Assembly: GCF_036321535.1 (NCBI RefSeq)
Contig: NC_087436.1
Location: 100,008,001-100,072,000 of the forward strand
Direction: 5' to 3'
From: Camelus dromedarius
Lineage: Eukaryota
Length of the DNA: 64,000 nucleotides
Every line of letters starts with the position of its first letter. Position 1 is the stretch's first letter. The notes below the pieces were generated by a model. It was not told the DNA's origin, searched no databases, and saw nothing but the letters and a program-made list of their open reading frames with translations. Below are positions 1 to 13,436 of this stretch, one piece after another. The position numbers and the translations under genes are program-made.

Positions 1-3000
1 TGTTATTGAAAAAACAATGGATCAATGAGGAAATCAAAGCTGAAATTAAAAAATACCTTGAGACAAATGATAATGAAAGCACAACCACTCAAAACCTATG
101 GGACATAGCAAAGGCAGTGCTAAGAGGGAAGTTTATAGCGATACAGGCCTTCCTCCAAAAAGAAGAACAATCTCAAAAAAACAATTTAACCCACCACCTG
201 AATGAATTAGAAAAAGAAGAACAAAAAGCCCCAAAAAGCAGCAGAAGGAAGGAAATAATAAAGATCAGAGAGGAATTAAATACAATACAGATTAACAAGA
301 CCATAGAAAAAATCAACCAAACCAAAAGCTGGTTTTTTGAAAAAGTAAATAAAATCGACAAACCTCTGGCCAAACTCACAAAGAAGGAAAAAGAGAGAGC
401 ACAAATTAGCAAAATAAGAAAGGAAAATGGAGAAATTACAACAAACAAAATAGAAATACAGAATATCATACGAGAATATTATGAAAAACTATATGGAACC
501 AAACTGGATAACCTAGAGGAGAGGGACAAGTTTCTGGAAACATACTGTCCACCAAAACTGAATCAAGAAGAATCTGAACACTTGAACAATCCGATCACTA
601 GAAAGGAAATAGAAATAGCAATTAAAAACCTCCCTACAAATAAAAGTCCAGGACCGGACGGCTTCACCGGGGAATTCTACCAAACATACAAAGAAGAACT
701 CATACCAGTCCTTCTCAAACTATTCCAGACGATTGAAAGGGAGGGAATACTCCCAAACTCATTCTATGAAGCCACCATCACCCTGATACCAAAACCAGGC
801 AAAGACACTACAAAAAAAGAGAATTATAGGCCAATATCACTGATGAACATAGACGCCAAAATCCTCACCAAAATTTTAGCAAATAGAATCCAACAACAGA
901 TAAAAAAGATTATACATCATGACCAAGTGGGGTTCATCCCAGGGACATAAGGCTGGTTCAACATACGCAAATCAATCAGTGTAATACATCACATCAACAA
1001 GAGAAAGGAAAAAAAACACATGATCATCTCAATCGATGCAGAAAAAGCATCTGATAAAATTCAACACCCATTTATGATAAAAACTCTTGCCAAAGTGGGT
1101 ATAGAGGGAACATATCTCAACATAATAAAAGCTATATATGACAAACCTACAGCCAGCATAGTACTCAACGGTGAAAAACTCAAAAGCTTCCCACTAAAAT
1201 CTGGGACAAGACAAGGATGCCCACTATCACCACTCCTATTCAACATAGTCCTGGAAGTCCTAGCCACAGCAGTCAGGCAAGAGAAAGAAATAAAAGGGAT
1301 CCAAATTGGAAAAGAAGAGGTAAAAGTGTCATTATATGCTGATGACATGTTACTATATATAGAAAACCCTAAAACGTCCACACAAAAGCTACTAGAGCTG
1401 ATTGAAGAATTCAGCAAGGTAACAGGTTACAAAATTAACGTTCAAAAATTAGTTGCATTTCTTTACACTAATGATAAATCAACAGAAGAAGAAAGTAAAG
1501 AAACAATCCCCTTTAAAATAGCACCCAAAGTAATAAAATACCTGGGAATAAATCTAACCAAGGAGGTGAAAGAATTATACACAGAAAACTATAAACCATT
1601 GATGAAGGAAATTAAAGAAGACTTTAAAAAATGGAAAGATATTCCATGCTCTTGGATTGGAAGAATCAATATTGTTAAAATGGTCACACTGCCCAAGGCA
1701 ATCTACAGATTTAATGCAATCCCTATCCAATTACCCAGGACATATTTCACAGAACTAGAAAAAATCATAATAAAATTCATATGGAACCATCAAAGACCTA
1801 GAATTGCCAAAGCATTACTGAAGAGAAAGAAAGAGGATGGAGGAATAACTCTCCCAGACTTCAGACAATACTATAGAGCTACAGTCATCAAGACAGCATG
1901 GTATTGGTACAAAAACAGACATATAGACCAATGGAACAGAATAGAGAGCCCAGAAATGAACCCACAAACTTTTGGTCAACTCATCTTCGACAAAGGAGGC
2001 AAGAATATACATTGGAATAAAGACAGTCTCTTCAGCAAATGGTGTTGGGAAAACTGGATAGCAGCATGTAAAACAATGAAGCTAGAACACTCCCTTACAC
2101 CATATACAAAAATCAACTCAAAATGGATTAAAGACTTAAACATAAGACAAGATACAATAAACCTCCTAGAGGAAAATATAGGCAAAACATTATCTGACAT
2201 ACATTTAAAAAATTTTCTCCTAGAAGAAATAAAAGCAAGAATGAACAAATGGGACCTAATGAAACTTACAAGCTTCTGCACAGCAAAGGAAACCAGAAAT
2301 AAAACAAGAAGAAAACCTACGGAATGGGAGAAAATTTTTGCAAGTGAAACCGACAAAGGCTTGATCTCCAGAATATATATAAGCAGCTCATACGACTCAA
2401 TAAGAAAAAAATAAACAACCCAATCCAAAAATGGGCAGAAGACCTAAACAAGCAATTCTCCAAGGAAGACATACAAATGATCAAAAAGCACATGAAAAAA
2501 TGCTCAATATCACTAATTATCAGAGAAATGCAAATCAAAACTACAATGAGGTATCACCTCACACCAGTCAGAATGGCCGTCATTCAAAAATCCACAAATG
2601 ACAAATGCTGGAGAGGCTGTGGAGAAAGGGGAACCCTCCTACACTGCTGGTGGGAATGCAGTTTGGTGCAGCCACTATGGAAAACAGCGTGGAGATTCCT
2701 CAGAAGACTAGGAATAGACTTACCATATGACCCAGGAATCCCACTCCTGGGCTTGTATCCAGAAGGAAATCTACTTCAGGATGACACCTGCACCCCAATG
2801 TTCATAGCAGCACTATTTACAATAGCCAAGACATGGAAACAGCCTAAATGTCCATCAACAGGTGACTGGATAAAGAAGAGGTGGTATATTTATACAATGG
2901 AATACTACTCAGCCATAAAAACTGACAACATAATGCCATTTGCAGCAACATGGATGCTCCTGGAGAATGTCATTCTAAGTGAAGTAAGCCAGAAAGAGAA

Positions 3001-3362
3001 AGAAAAATATCATATGAGATCGCTCATATGTGGAATCTAAAAAACAAAAACAAAAACAAACAAACAAACAAAAACAAAGCGTAAATAAAGGACAGAAATA
3101 GACTCACAGACAGAGAATACAGACTTGTGGTTACCAAGGGGGTGGAGGGTGGGAAGGGATAGACTGGGATTTCAAAATTGTAGAATAGACTACACTGTAT
3201 AGCACAGGGAAATATACACAAAATGTTATGATAACTCACAGAGAAAAAAATGTGACAATGAGTGTGTATATGTCCATGAATAACTGAAAAATTGTGCTGA
3301 ACACTGGAATTTGACACAACATTGTAAAATGATTATAAATCAATAAAAAAATGTTAAAAAAA
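1..3362 (+). mobile_element. Young LINE-1, camelid-type; 5' part (5'UTR, ORF1, endonuclease) not in this window; ORF2 remainder, 3'UTR and A-tail present
   Basis: Three collinear ORF2 pieces (6-950, 1020-2414, 2477-3040). 3'UTR follows at 3041-3340 with a G-rich tract near 3138-3170, then AATAAA at 3342 and an A-rich tail. Confidence 0.97.
6..3040 (+). pseudogene. Disrupted L1 ORF2 (post-endonuclease region, reverse transcriptase, C-terminal CCHC domain)
   Basis: Motifs seen: PIP-box-like QNIIREYY (459-482), [29 protein letters not shown] (1335-1346), KYLGI and [18 protein letters not shown]. In-frame TAA at 948-950 where CAA(Q) is expected. An extra AT in the ATATATAT run at 2373-2380 shifts the frame by +2. 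Confidence 0.96.
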
Positions 3363-3659
3363 TTGGGGGAAAACTCAAATCATTGGAGAAGACAGACATA
3401 TTTTGAAGAAAAGATAGAGTATAATAAACACTGCAAATATTTATCTAATCCTTAAATTCTGAATTTCCTAACTTTGAGGAGTATTTGTCCAAGTCTTTAT
3501 CTTTAAATAAATTCCATGTGGCTTTTTCATGAATTCTGGAAAATCAGGCTTTTCTAACGTCTATCTCTTTGTTGTTAAATGAGGTTTCAGTAGCACTTAA
3601 CTGTGGAGTTATTCTGATCTATTGTTGTAGCTGTTCTTGCACTTTGCCAGCTCGTGGGG

Positions 3660-3661
<2 letters not shown>

Positions 3662-3699
<38 letters not shown>
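3662..3699. repeat. (GT)n microsatellite
   Basis: Perfect GT run of about 19 units. Confidence 0.98.
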
Positions 3700-3701
<2 letters not shown>

Positions 3702-5134
3702 CCTTTATTTTTGACAGTTTTACTTTGCCATGTAGTATTTAAACAGATGTAATTTAAAACTTTTTTGATTTATTGAAATTTATTTCAGGTTTTATCAAAT
3801 GGAATGGAATTTGTGTGAATTAAAGAAGTACACCTCTATCTTTTGAAAAGAATAAAACAGACTGGTCTGTAAAAATGGTCCAAAGAAGTGCATGATAAGT
3901 TAAAACTGATAATATGCTCTAATGTATTTCTAGTCAAGGAGAACTAAGACAAGGAAAATATTCTCCTACCTTTATTTTAATTTACCTCTTTGTTTCAAAT
4001 TCTACCATTAGTTCACATTGATGACTATTATAAGAGGAAAAAACAAATATTTTTCAGAATTGAAAATAAATATATTTTCAGAATAAAACAGTTATTCACT
4101 AAACAAATGTCAAAAGTTTCACAAAGTATGTATAATGATTTTAAACATGAATTGAACTCTAAATTTGAATGATTTCGTTGAGTTTTCAGTAGAATGACAG
4201 TACTAAGTGGTCCAAAACATTGCTTAGAAAAACGAATTTGACTCTGAGATTGGTTTGCAAATCCCCTTTGGTTAATATATGTATAACTTGCTATAGTGGT
4301 TCATCACACCATATTATTTTGATGTGCAATGTTCTGAGCTTCGTTAGTTCAAGGCCAATCAGCCACTTAGCAAAAATATTCGAGTACTCTTATAGATAAA
4401 ATGCATGTTTTGAAGTAAGAACATTACCAACAATTCCAACAAAGAACAGATTTATGATTCAGTGGGGATTTTATAAATAACTCAAGACAACTTACATAGT
4501 GAAGGAAATTGGGATATGCTACTTCTAGTAATCATCTACAATGTCATTTTAATTTTCAGTATAATGTATACACAGACTTTATATCTAATGTATATTGTGA
4601 ACATTGTAAAACAGCCTAAATATAAATATATCTATAAAACTATGAAAATTAATCAATCTTAAATTTGTAACAGTGAATTACTGAGAGTTGATTTAAAATT
4701 AGAGAGTCTTCTCTGCATTGCTAGAAGAATAATCAAGTATCGGTTAAAAAAAAAAAAAAATCTCTGTCCAAGTTACCCTGGGTGTATTACATACAGTTGC
4801 CCATGTAAGAAGTGCTCAGTCACCAGTCAAGTTCTATAATTTGGATCCAATGACATGCAGTTTTTAAAATTGGGACTTATACTCAAAATGATTGTTTTTT
4901 TCCTTCTTCATTGCATTATAATAAATTGCATATGTCCATCCTAATTGGAAATACACGGTATTTCATCTCAACTGTAGCACTTTTAGAGGTTTAACTGCCA
5001 ATCTCTGACTGTCCTTTACAGCAATGTAACAAGGTGAGAAAGATTAATGGTGACTCATGAAATATTTGTTATGATTCACAGGTGATAAGGAGCTTGTAGA
5101 AAAATGTAAATCACTTTGTCATTAAACACACTAT

Positions 5135-5367
5135 CTCTTTTTATTATTCTTTATTTTTATTGAAGTACCATCAGTTTAGAATATTATGTTAATTTCTGGT
5201 ACACAGCATAGTGATTCGGTTATATATATATATATATATATGTATTCCTTGTCATATTCTTTTTTATTATAGGCTATTACAAGGTATTTAATATAATTTC
5301 CTGTGCTATACATTAAGTCCTTGCTGTTTATCTAGTTTATACATAGTAGTTAATATCTTCAGTCTCA
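5135..5367 (-). mobile_element. 5'-truncated L1 3'UTR end (older camelid/cetartiodactyl type)
   Basis: T-rich head followed by TTTTTATTGAAGTA...CTGTGCTATACA. Possible TSD TAAACACACTAT (5123-5134) / TAAACACAGTAT (5368-5379). Confidence 0.85.
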
Positions 5368-7741
5368 TAAACACAGTATTTAATTTAGCTGACTTTTTTT
5401 TTCCTACTGAAATTTTCTTAAAACAGGAAGCAATGATTTATTTTTTTCTCTCAAGTTCCATATCTCATCCTGGACTGAAGACCCATGGTTCAAAGTGCAA
5501 CTACTTTGAGTAGCATTACTTTATGCAATTCCTAACATAGTCTTTAATTTAGTGACATTCTGTTCAATAATGTTAACTTGATGTAGTAAAAGACAAACGT
5601 ATAAAAAGATCATTCTTATTTTATACAGATTTCCAAACTCTGAACTTTCTGAATAAGACCCAGTGATGTATTTGCAAAAAAACAAGCAAACAAAAAAATA
5701 CCAGAAGCACTGTTAGGTCAGCCTTAGGCAAACAATGACTCAGAGTCCACCTTACTCTCTCCTAGGAAGCATATTATAGACATTGAATCTACTACCCTGA
5801 GGCCATGATATCAGATTCCTTAGGTTAGAAAGTTTTAAGAACGGTTTGTGTCAGTTTATTTCATTTGCAACTTGACAGAGATGTTGTTGTTTGTATATTT
5901 TAATACTTGATTTTTAAGAAGTAATAACTATGTTTTAAATTCATGCTGGAATTTGAATACTGTTGGATAATTTTACTCAAATTGGATGTCCATTCATCCT
6001 AGGAAACAGAAATTACAGAATGGTAGTGCTTTTCAGATCTGACATCTTTGACTAGTTGAGGCTTCAGAATAAATATAATAGAAAAAGGGACGTTCAAGTA
6101 TAAGTATTTTCTGTAAATAAGTTAAGATACACTAGAAACCTAAACTAAATTGGAATGACTAGACTTCAATAAAATCTTGTTTGCAATGCAAAATAAACTT
6201 CAGTGTGAATTATACACCTTCAGTTCAGAGAAATCAACATTCATTAAGACAACAGACAAACTCAATTTGTTGAGATTTCAGAGACATCGATGTTGTCCCT
6301 TACCAGATGAGCAATGGCTTGTATTTCTGATCATGGATTCTTGCTAAAATAATACACTCCCTAAAGAAGAGTAATATTATGAATTTCCATTGCTTGTTAT
6401 TATTAATAAAGGTTATAGCCATCATTATAAGAAGAGTAGGGAAAGCATGAAATCAGTAAGGGCGTGTAGAAAGCGGAAAACACTACAAAAAATACCTTCC
6501 CATATTTCTCAAGTTAACACAATACAACAGGTCTCAAAAATATTTCTTAAAATTATTATGTGTTAAACTCATTTGGATTATTCTTTTCTACTTTCAGATT
6601 TAGGAGTTGAGGTATATGATAAATATTACACAGAAACAATCATGAGAAAGAATTTAAAAAAAAAACTAGTAAAAGACAAATACAAATGGATTTTCTCTGT
6701 TCTGACTTAATTAACAAGTTGGAAATTAACCCACATTTTAATTTGCCTCATCAAAATATAAGGCACTAATAACATTTTGTAATAGTCATACCTGATGCAG
6801 TAGATACCATCTTTCAGGCACACTGATCAGAGCCTAGCAAATAAACAAGAGAACTGTATTTTAAACATCTACGTGCATCAGTATGGGACTCTGTTAGATA
6901 TCTCTTGATCACAATATAGCAATGAGTAGACGTCATACATGGTCTATGATGGACCTACTGATAAATTGGAAGTGAGTGTGATGTTAGTATATGTAGAATC
7001 TTTATTAATTACATTGTAAAACAAATATGATACAGCAAAGCAGAATCCAATGAGAGAAATACTCAGGTCACACTCATTAATTATTTTGTTTATATGTGTA
7101 CATCAGTAGTTTAGTAAATAGTCAAACAATGTCCAAATTTTTATGTTTTGAAAATTTTAACAAAGGTAGCAAACCCAACAACTAGAAAATTGTATCTCCC
7201 TATTAAATAGTTTTGCCGGTGCCATAGGGAAAGACCAAAGCAATTAACAAAAAGAGGTTAAAAGTTCACAAGAGTTTTACTTTATTTTCTACTTTGTTTT
7301 ATTTAATAAAAATGTCATGGCCATAACCTAAACCAACTTGAGAAATTATGTTTCCAAAAGTTATAACACATTAGTTTGGTGATTAATTCAAAACAATTCT
7401 ATGGCAAGTGTTAATGTTCTTACACTGAGTCTCACTTCATAAACAAATGAGTCAGGGAGTTTAAACTAATGATGATTCTAAATGTTATTCAGAGAGAACA
7501 TTCTGTTCTTAGCATATTTCAACTATTCAACAAAAGGCAAAGTGGATCTAAGTGATCTCTAGGTAAGATAAGATTTGAAAGAAATATATATTTTCTACAT
7601 GATTTATAGAGTAGTTTCTCCATGTAAGGCATCGTCTTGGGCTTCCACTACTGTGGAAAATATAAGGGAGAGTAAGATGTGGTACTTGCTTCAAGAAACA
7701 TATACTACACCAAGGCTTAAGAGACAATCAATATCAAAAAC

Positions 7742-8151
7742 TGTAAAGGGCCAGAGAGTTTTTTCCCTTACTTGCAAGCTATCAAGTGAGTCAGCCATGG
7801 TTTCATGAGTATTGATAGAAGACACTAGAGTCCTGGTTCAGAAATAAAAGACAGCTTATTATTCACAGCTATAGCAGTAGCCAAAGTGTCAGCAGTATTT
7901 GTGTGAGGGTGTGTGTGTCAGCTCTCTGAGCCCCAGTTTCCACATGAAGATACAAAATTGAGGCAGGGAATATCTGCAAACACAATGGGTTGTGTTACAA
8001 AAAAGAAGGAAATGTGCTTGCACTGTGACCTGAAGGAAAATACCATCTCTGCCTTCCAAGTCTGTTCAATATACAAACATCCTTCAACAGATAGGCTAGA
8101 ACAAATCAGTGCAGAAACATGAGACCAGTGGAAAATTGTCTCCCCAGAACA
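7742..8151 (-). mobile_element. Probable ERVL-class solo LTR (MER68/MER76/MER77-like; subfamily unresolved)
   Basis: TG...CA ends. CCCTTACTTGCAAGCTA...GGTTTCATG...AGAAGACAC...TCCTGGTTCAGA...TTATTCACAGC resembles a remembered eutherian LTR consensus. Confidence 0.6.
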
Positions 8152-10882
8152 CACTTAGAGATTTCCCATTTGGGGCAGAGTTTGAAAATACTGCAGGAAG
8201 TCACATGGGTAAGATGAGTTGAATACTGGCCGATTAGGGACTGTGAGGAACTGAATATTGTTAAGACAGTTCCGGGATCCAGTAAAATCTCAGGCAAGTT
8301 TTGTAAAATTGAGACAAGAGGCCATCAAAATCTGAGCCCAATTATCCAAGATATATGATTGTAATTCTAGTTCCTCTGGGGTTATCCCCTGGAGGCAATG
8401 TCTCTAATTGAGATGGAGTAGTTTCCTAAAGAGGATACCCCCATTTACTCTAAAAGAGAAACATTATGAACGAGGTGAAATGACACATGGAAGCTACCTG
8501 GTCTTCAATGGAATATAGAATCAATTCCTTTGGGATGGATTTGTTCCACATCTGACTTCCCACTTGAGAGAAAATTAGAGCGCCTCCTAATAGAATTTAA
8601 ATTGGAGATGTGGTAAAGGGAAGCTTACACAAGATTACAAAATCATGGGAAATGTCATTTAGACAAGGAAACGTTTCAAAGTGTTTTTGCTCTTGTTGAT
8701 AGGACAGACTTTTCACCTAGTCATAATTTTATTTTGATACTCTCTGGTGACTTCAAATGCAGTAGAAGTGTAACAATTTACCTTTCAGATCACAGGGAGT
8801 CTGGTGGTAGTTTAATGATGAAAATGATTTAGAAAAGATGGCCTACCAATTATTAGTAAACTTGGAGATGATAGTGAAACATGACAGCACTTAAAACAAC
8901 ATGGCAAAGAAGTGGGACAAAGATGTTTAATATGACCGAAAGATAATGCTTTTGGACCTGGGAAAGAAACGGTCATTCATTGGAAGAAGAAATTGGGGCC
9001 ATTGATATTATACAACTAATTTTCAATATAAGGACAGAAAGGATCATCTAAGCTGCAGCAAAAATCTCATACAAAGCAGCAGGGGAATGATCCTTTCCTA
9101 GATAATGGATTTTCCTAAATGGCCATGTTAAGTGGTAGAATAGATGAGGCATTTTGGGTCTGTAACTGTAAGATTCATACACTGACTTAAAGGCGATCAA
9201 ACGTTTTCAAAATAATGGTTATTATTCTTCTTCTTTTAGCACAGACAAGGAAAATATCACTAATGGGCTCTTTTTTAAAAGGAGGTAAACAACAACAAAA
9301 AGCTGGGTAAGACATACTAAAATAGTAGCAAAGACTGAACATGAAGTATTGTTAAAATATGAATACAGAAGATAGTTCTGGTACAGAAGGAGGGAAGGGC
9401 AGCCAGATGGCAGAGTAGAATAAAAGGAACTCAGGTGGTGTATTCAGGAGAAATTACTTATTAGCCAGAGACTGTAGGGAGTAGAGGGGCAGAGGGAGAG
9501 CCAGAGAGCGTGAGAGAGATCCTGAAAGCAGAGAGAAAACAGGCAGGCCAGAGGAAAGGTTTACAACATTTTAACCTCTAGAGTGAGAGTTCCTAAGGCA
9601 GAATTGGGAAAGAAATAAAGCTCTTTATAAGATTCAACAGGGATATGTCACTCACTGTTACACTGGCCACTTCAAATTCACATGTGGTTATAATAATGTA
9701 ATGAGGAAAACTACCTGTAAATGAAAATTTAAAAAAAAAACTGTTTACTTTGTTTAGTTAGCTCTACCAGAGAGTAGGCAGAGCTGAAGACAAAGCATGA
9801 TGTCACAACAGGGAAGAATGTGACTTGCATGTTTTAAAAAGAAAGTGAAAACACAAGCTACGGTACCTGGGACTTTCCCCACTGAGGAAATGTTACAAAT
9901 CCACAGTGCATCCTTTATTCTATTCCGTAATGTTGCCGCTTGGAAGGATCCATGATCTAGGACAAGGTTTATTTTCCTGTGTCTTTTAAGAGTTGCTGGT
10001 TGCTGCTTTGATTGCGCACTCTCCTCTTATCACCATGGAAAGTTGGACCCATCCAAAGGAAGGAGTAGAAGAGGAAGTCAGCAACTTTTGAGAATCTCTT
10101 TAAGAAACAGCCTATAAGACAGTGATTTCTGTTTCTGCCAAATAACAAATTCTTGCAAGAACGGCATCATGTAAGAAGAGAATCTACAACCCATAACAGC
10201 ATTATCCTACTGGACCCAGAACCATTTGCACATTTTCTTCATCTCAGTAATGTAGTTACCTACACAACTGAAACATAGGAAATGTCTCATATAATGATTA
10301 CTAACTAATGTCACCTACATGATTTCAAAGCCTGTTTAAGGCTTCTAAAATACCTCCATTCTGCTAACACTTACTAAGCATCGTCCCGCATATCAAACCC
10401 TCTCACAGTCTTTACCTTGATGGAACTTTGAGTCTAAAGAAAATCCAAGCAATGTACAAGGAAGCAGCAATACAAATAAAATAATTACATCTTTGATTAT
10501 ATAATCTAAGAATGTCTCATTGAATTGATGTGAGAATGATGATAAGGATCTGGATTTCTTTACAGAGAATTTTGCCTTATACAGAAATTGACATTTAAGG
10601 AAATTGTTACTGGACAATGTTCTATATCATGTAGAAGGATTATGCCATGGGCTGATTAAATGTTCTGGTTGTGATCATTACTTTGTTCAGTTGCCATGTA
10701 TTAAGCCTGGGTTTGAGACATTGTGTTAGAATCTGGTAATAAACGTGTCCACGTATACCTTCAACCTTTCTTCTCCAGGCTAGTAAGACATGTTTGCAAG
10801 ACAAGTGTTTTGTGTAAGCAATTTAAGAAAACTTTTACCTGGGAACTCAAATTAATGTTATGAGCTAAAGGTTTGAGCTATT

Positions 10883-11239
10883 TGTGGTAGTTTGTATTTT
10901 AAAATATTAAGTCTCATTCTAGGAGGATTATTCTACTGTATGCCATTCATCTCAGGAATGTCTATATGACTTTATTTGGCCAATGTGTCATTTGGACAGA
11001 TTTAGGATTGACTTATAGTTTGTCATATCTCTTTTCTATCTGTCAAGAGACTGTCAGTATTCTAGACAGAGATGGGTGATCCCTCAGGCTGGTCCTGCTG
11101 GGAAAATGGCATGAATGGATAGATAGTTAGCATAATTAAGGAAAAAACAAAGCAAACAAATAAACAAAACACTGGTTGCTGCAATACTCTGAAATTTAGA
11201 GTTTACTTGTTCCATCAGTGGACTTTTTTCATTGATACA
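10883..11239 (+). mobile_element. Degraded MaLR LTR (MLT1G/H-like)
   Basis: TGTGGTAG start, TGACTTTATTTGGCCAATG core and ...TGATACA end. Confidence 0.55.
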
Positions 11240-11399
11240 CTCTCCATAAGCTTACCAGGCTTAAAAAAAAATTCCCCATGTACTTTCCTTATGAACTCAG
11301 GCCTCCTTGCTACTTGTTAAAACAAATAAACAAATAGAAAACTTACACAATCTTGGAAATTCAACTGGAATAACTGAATTCTCCCAACGCCCTAAACTT

Positions 11400-11610
11400 A
11401 TGTAATCCATATTAACTTCAATACGTTTGTACTGGTCTCAATACTTCATTTTAATATTTGTATCTCAACCTAGACTATAAACTTCTTAAAGGTAAAAACC
11501 ACCATTTTCCCCTCCAATAGTCCCACAGACATTCCTAACACTGTTCCTAATAAGCATTTACTAATGTAAAAGTATAAAGTCAATAAAATACTTAATAACT
11601 GATGAAAGAT
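11400..11610 (+). mobile_element. L2 3' end fragment
   Basis: CTAGACTATAAACTTCTTAAAGGTA...CCTAACACTGTTCCT...CAATAAAATACTT, typical of the L2 3' terminus. Confidence 0.6.
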
Positions 11611-12989
11611 TTGTTTTGCTAAACAAATTAAATGTGGCAATAGGATTTATTTTATAGTGCTTTACATATTAAACTATAATATTACATCATTAATATCTGA
11701 AGCACTATTTTATTGACTTTATACAGAAGAGACAGAGCTATATTATAGAGTAGAGAATATAGTAAAAATCATAGAAGACGATCGTTTTGTTGTGTCAATT
11801 TTAGAACAGAAAATTAGATAAAGTTCAAGTGCAAGTTGTATTTGTGGCAATTGAAGAAACATTAATTAAGAGTTTGCTTACTACCATAGTTTTAACACTG
11901 TGACAACGTGAGGATGTGTAGTTTAGAACAAAAACAAAAATCTCAAGTGTATAGACTCACAGTGTCTTAATAGGCTAAATGTTAAAAGGAAAGCATCAAC
12001 AAGTTTTGTTTTGTGCCCATCAGATTAATAGGCTTTTCTACATGCCCCCCTCCACCCATTAAATTGTCTAATCAGTTTTACAAGAGTTAAAGATAATGTG
12101 ATGTTGGCTGGAGAGAGGATGCAGAATCCAAGATAGCTTAGCACTGAGTATTTCAGTGCTCCTTCAGCCTGCTCTCTGGTCCTCCTGGAGACCTTCCCCT
12201 CCTCTGAAGATGGGATTCATTTGTCTTTCCTCAGTTCATGTCTTTTTTCATCTTCAGTAGAACAAAAACTTGCTTTAAAAAAATGAATTTATAGTTTTGA
12301 TCCCACACTTAAGTTAGTGGATCTTTTTTCAACTTTAGGTACATCTATGCTGCTTTATGGTACTAGAAAGAAAGCAGAATGGTAAACAAAGAAACAAGAG
12401 AGAAAATTCACTGATTAGTACTTTGTAGTATAACTCTGCCATAATGCATAACAATACTTTAGTTAAACTAGAGTATTATATATATTATAATCATTTAAAT
12501 ACTTGCTGGAAAGCTGTAGAGGATATTATATTTCAATGACTTGTTAATTAACCATTTTCCACTATCTATTGATATTACAAAAACTTCTCAGCAAAATACC
12601 CAATACTCTGAAGGGATTTTTTTTTTTTTCTGGTAAGAAGTTGCAAAATAAGCTCTTGAGAGTTAGAATTTGTTCAAATCCATCAAACATGTCTGAGTCA
12701 AGATTTCAACTTAGGTATACACAACTTCCATGACATAGTTCTTTCCACTTTGACATTCTGCCTTCGAGAGTACTTCATTTTAAATTTTTTTGTGGGAGAG
12801 GGAAGTTATCATTTAGTTTATTTGGTAAATTTCTTTTTAATTAATTTCTTTTGTCAAATAATGATAAACTTAGATGACATATTAACCTATGATTTTTGCC
12901 CATCCAGATAATTTTTGCTCCATTTCTCTTGTTCTTGCTCTTGTTTGTTTTGCTTTATTGGTTTAAGAAGTTGCCCTATAGTCAATATA

Positions 12990-13436
12990 GATGCAGTGAG
13001 AGCCACCTCTCAGCAAAGGGCAGGCTTAGAACATATGCTGGGCCCATTATCTCTATCCACAAGATAAACCAATGAGATTCTTCCCTGAATTCTTTATCCA
13101 CAAATAAACCAATGAGATTCTTCCCTGAAACATCTTAAGTAAATTCAGTGGAAAGACATGCTAGCTTCCTCTTTGACAGCAAAACATTAAACAAAATTTG
13201 CCTTAAACTGCTGATGATTGTATTGCGTGATTGCAAAGAGGAAAGAGCTGCAAGAAAAAACCCAGTATACAGAGGGAGGCAGAGACTGATAGAGGGTTCT
13301 GAAATGACCATTTAAGACACTAGCCCCATTTGTCCCCAAAGTCATTCTAACAGCATAAATACACAAATTCCTGTTTTGTTATCTAAATTGCATTGTATTA
13401 TTTGTCACTGCTAACTGAGAAAAAATTGACAAATAT
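12990..13436 (+). mobile_element. Old MaLR LTR (MLT1J/K-like)
   Basis: CCAATGAGATTCTTCCCTG core and a 3' end TGTCACTGCTAACTGA...GACAAATATA. Confidence 0.55.

Noticed and set aside
173..3317. Minus-strand ORFs overlapping L1
   Set aside because: These are the usual antisense-L1 ORFs arising from A-rich ORF2 composition, with no independent evidence of coding.
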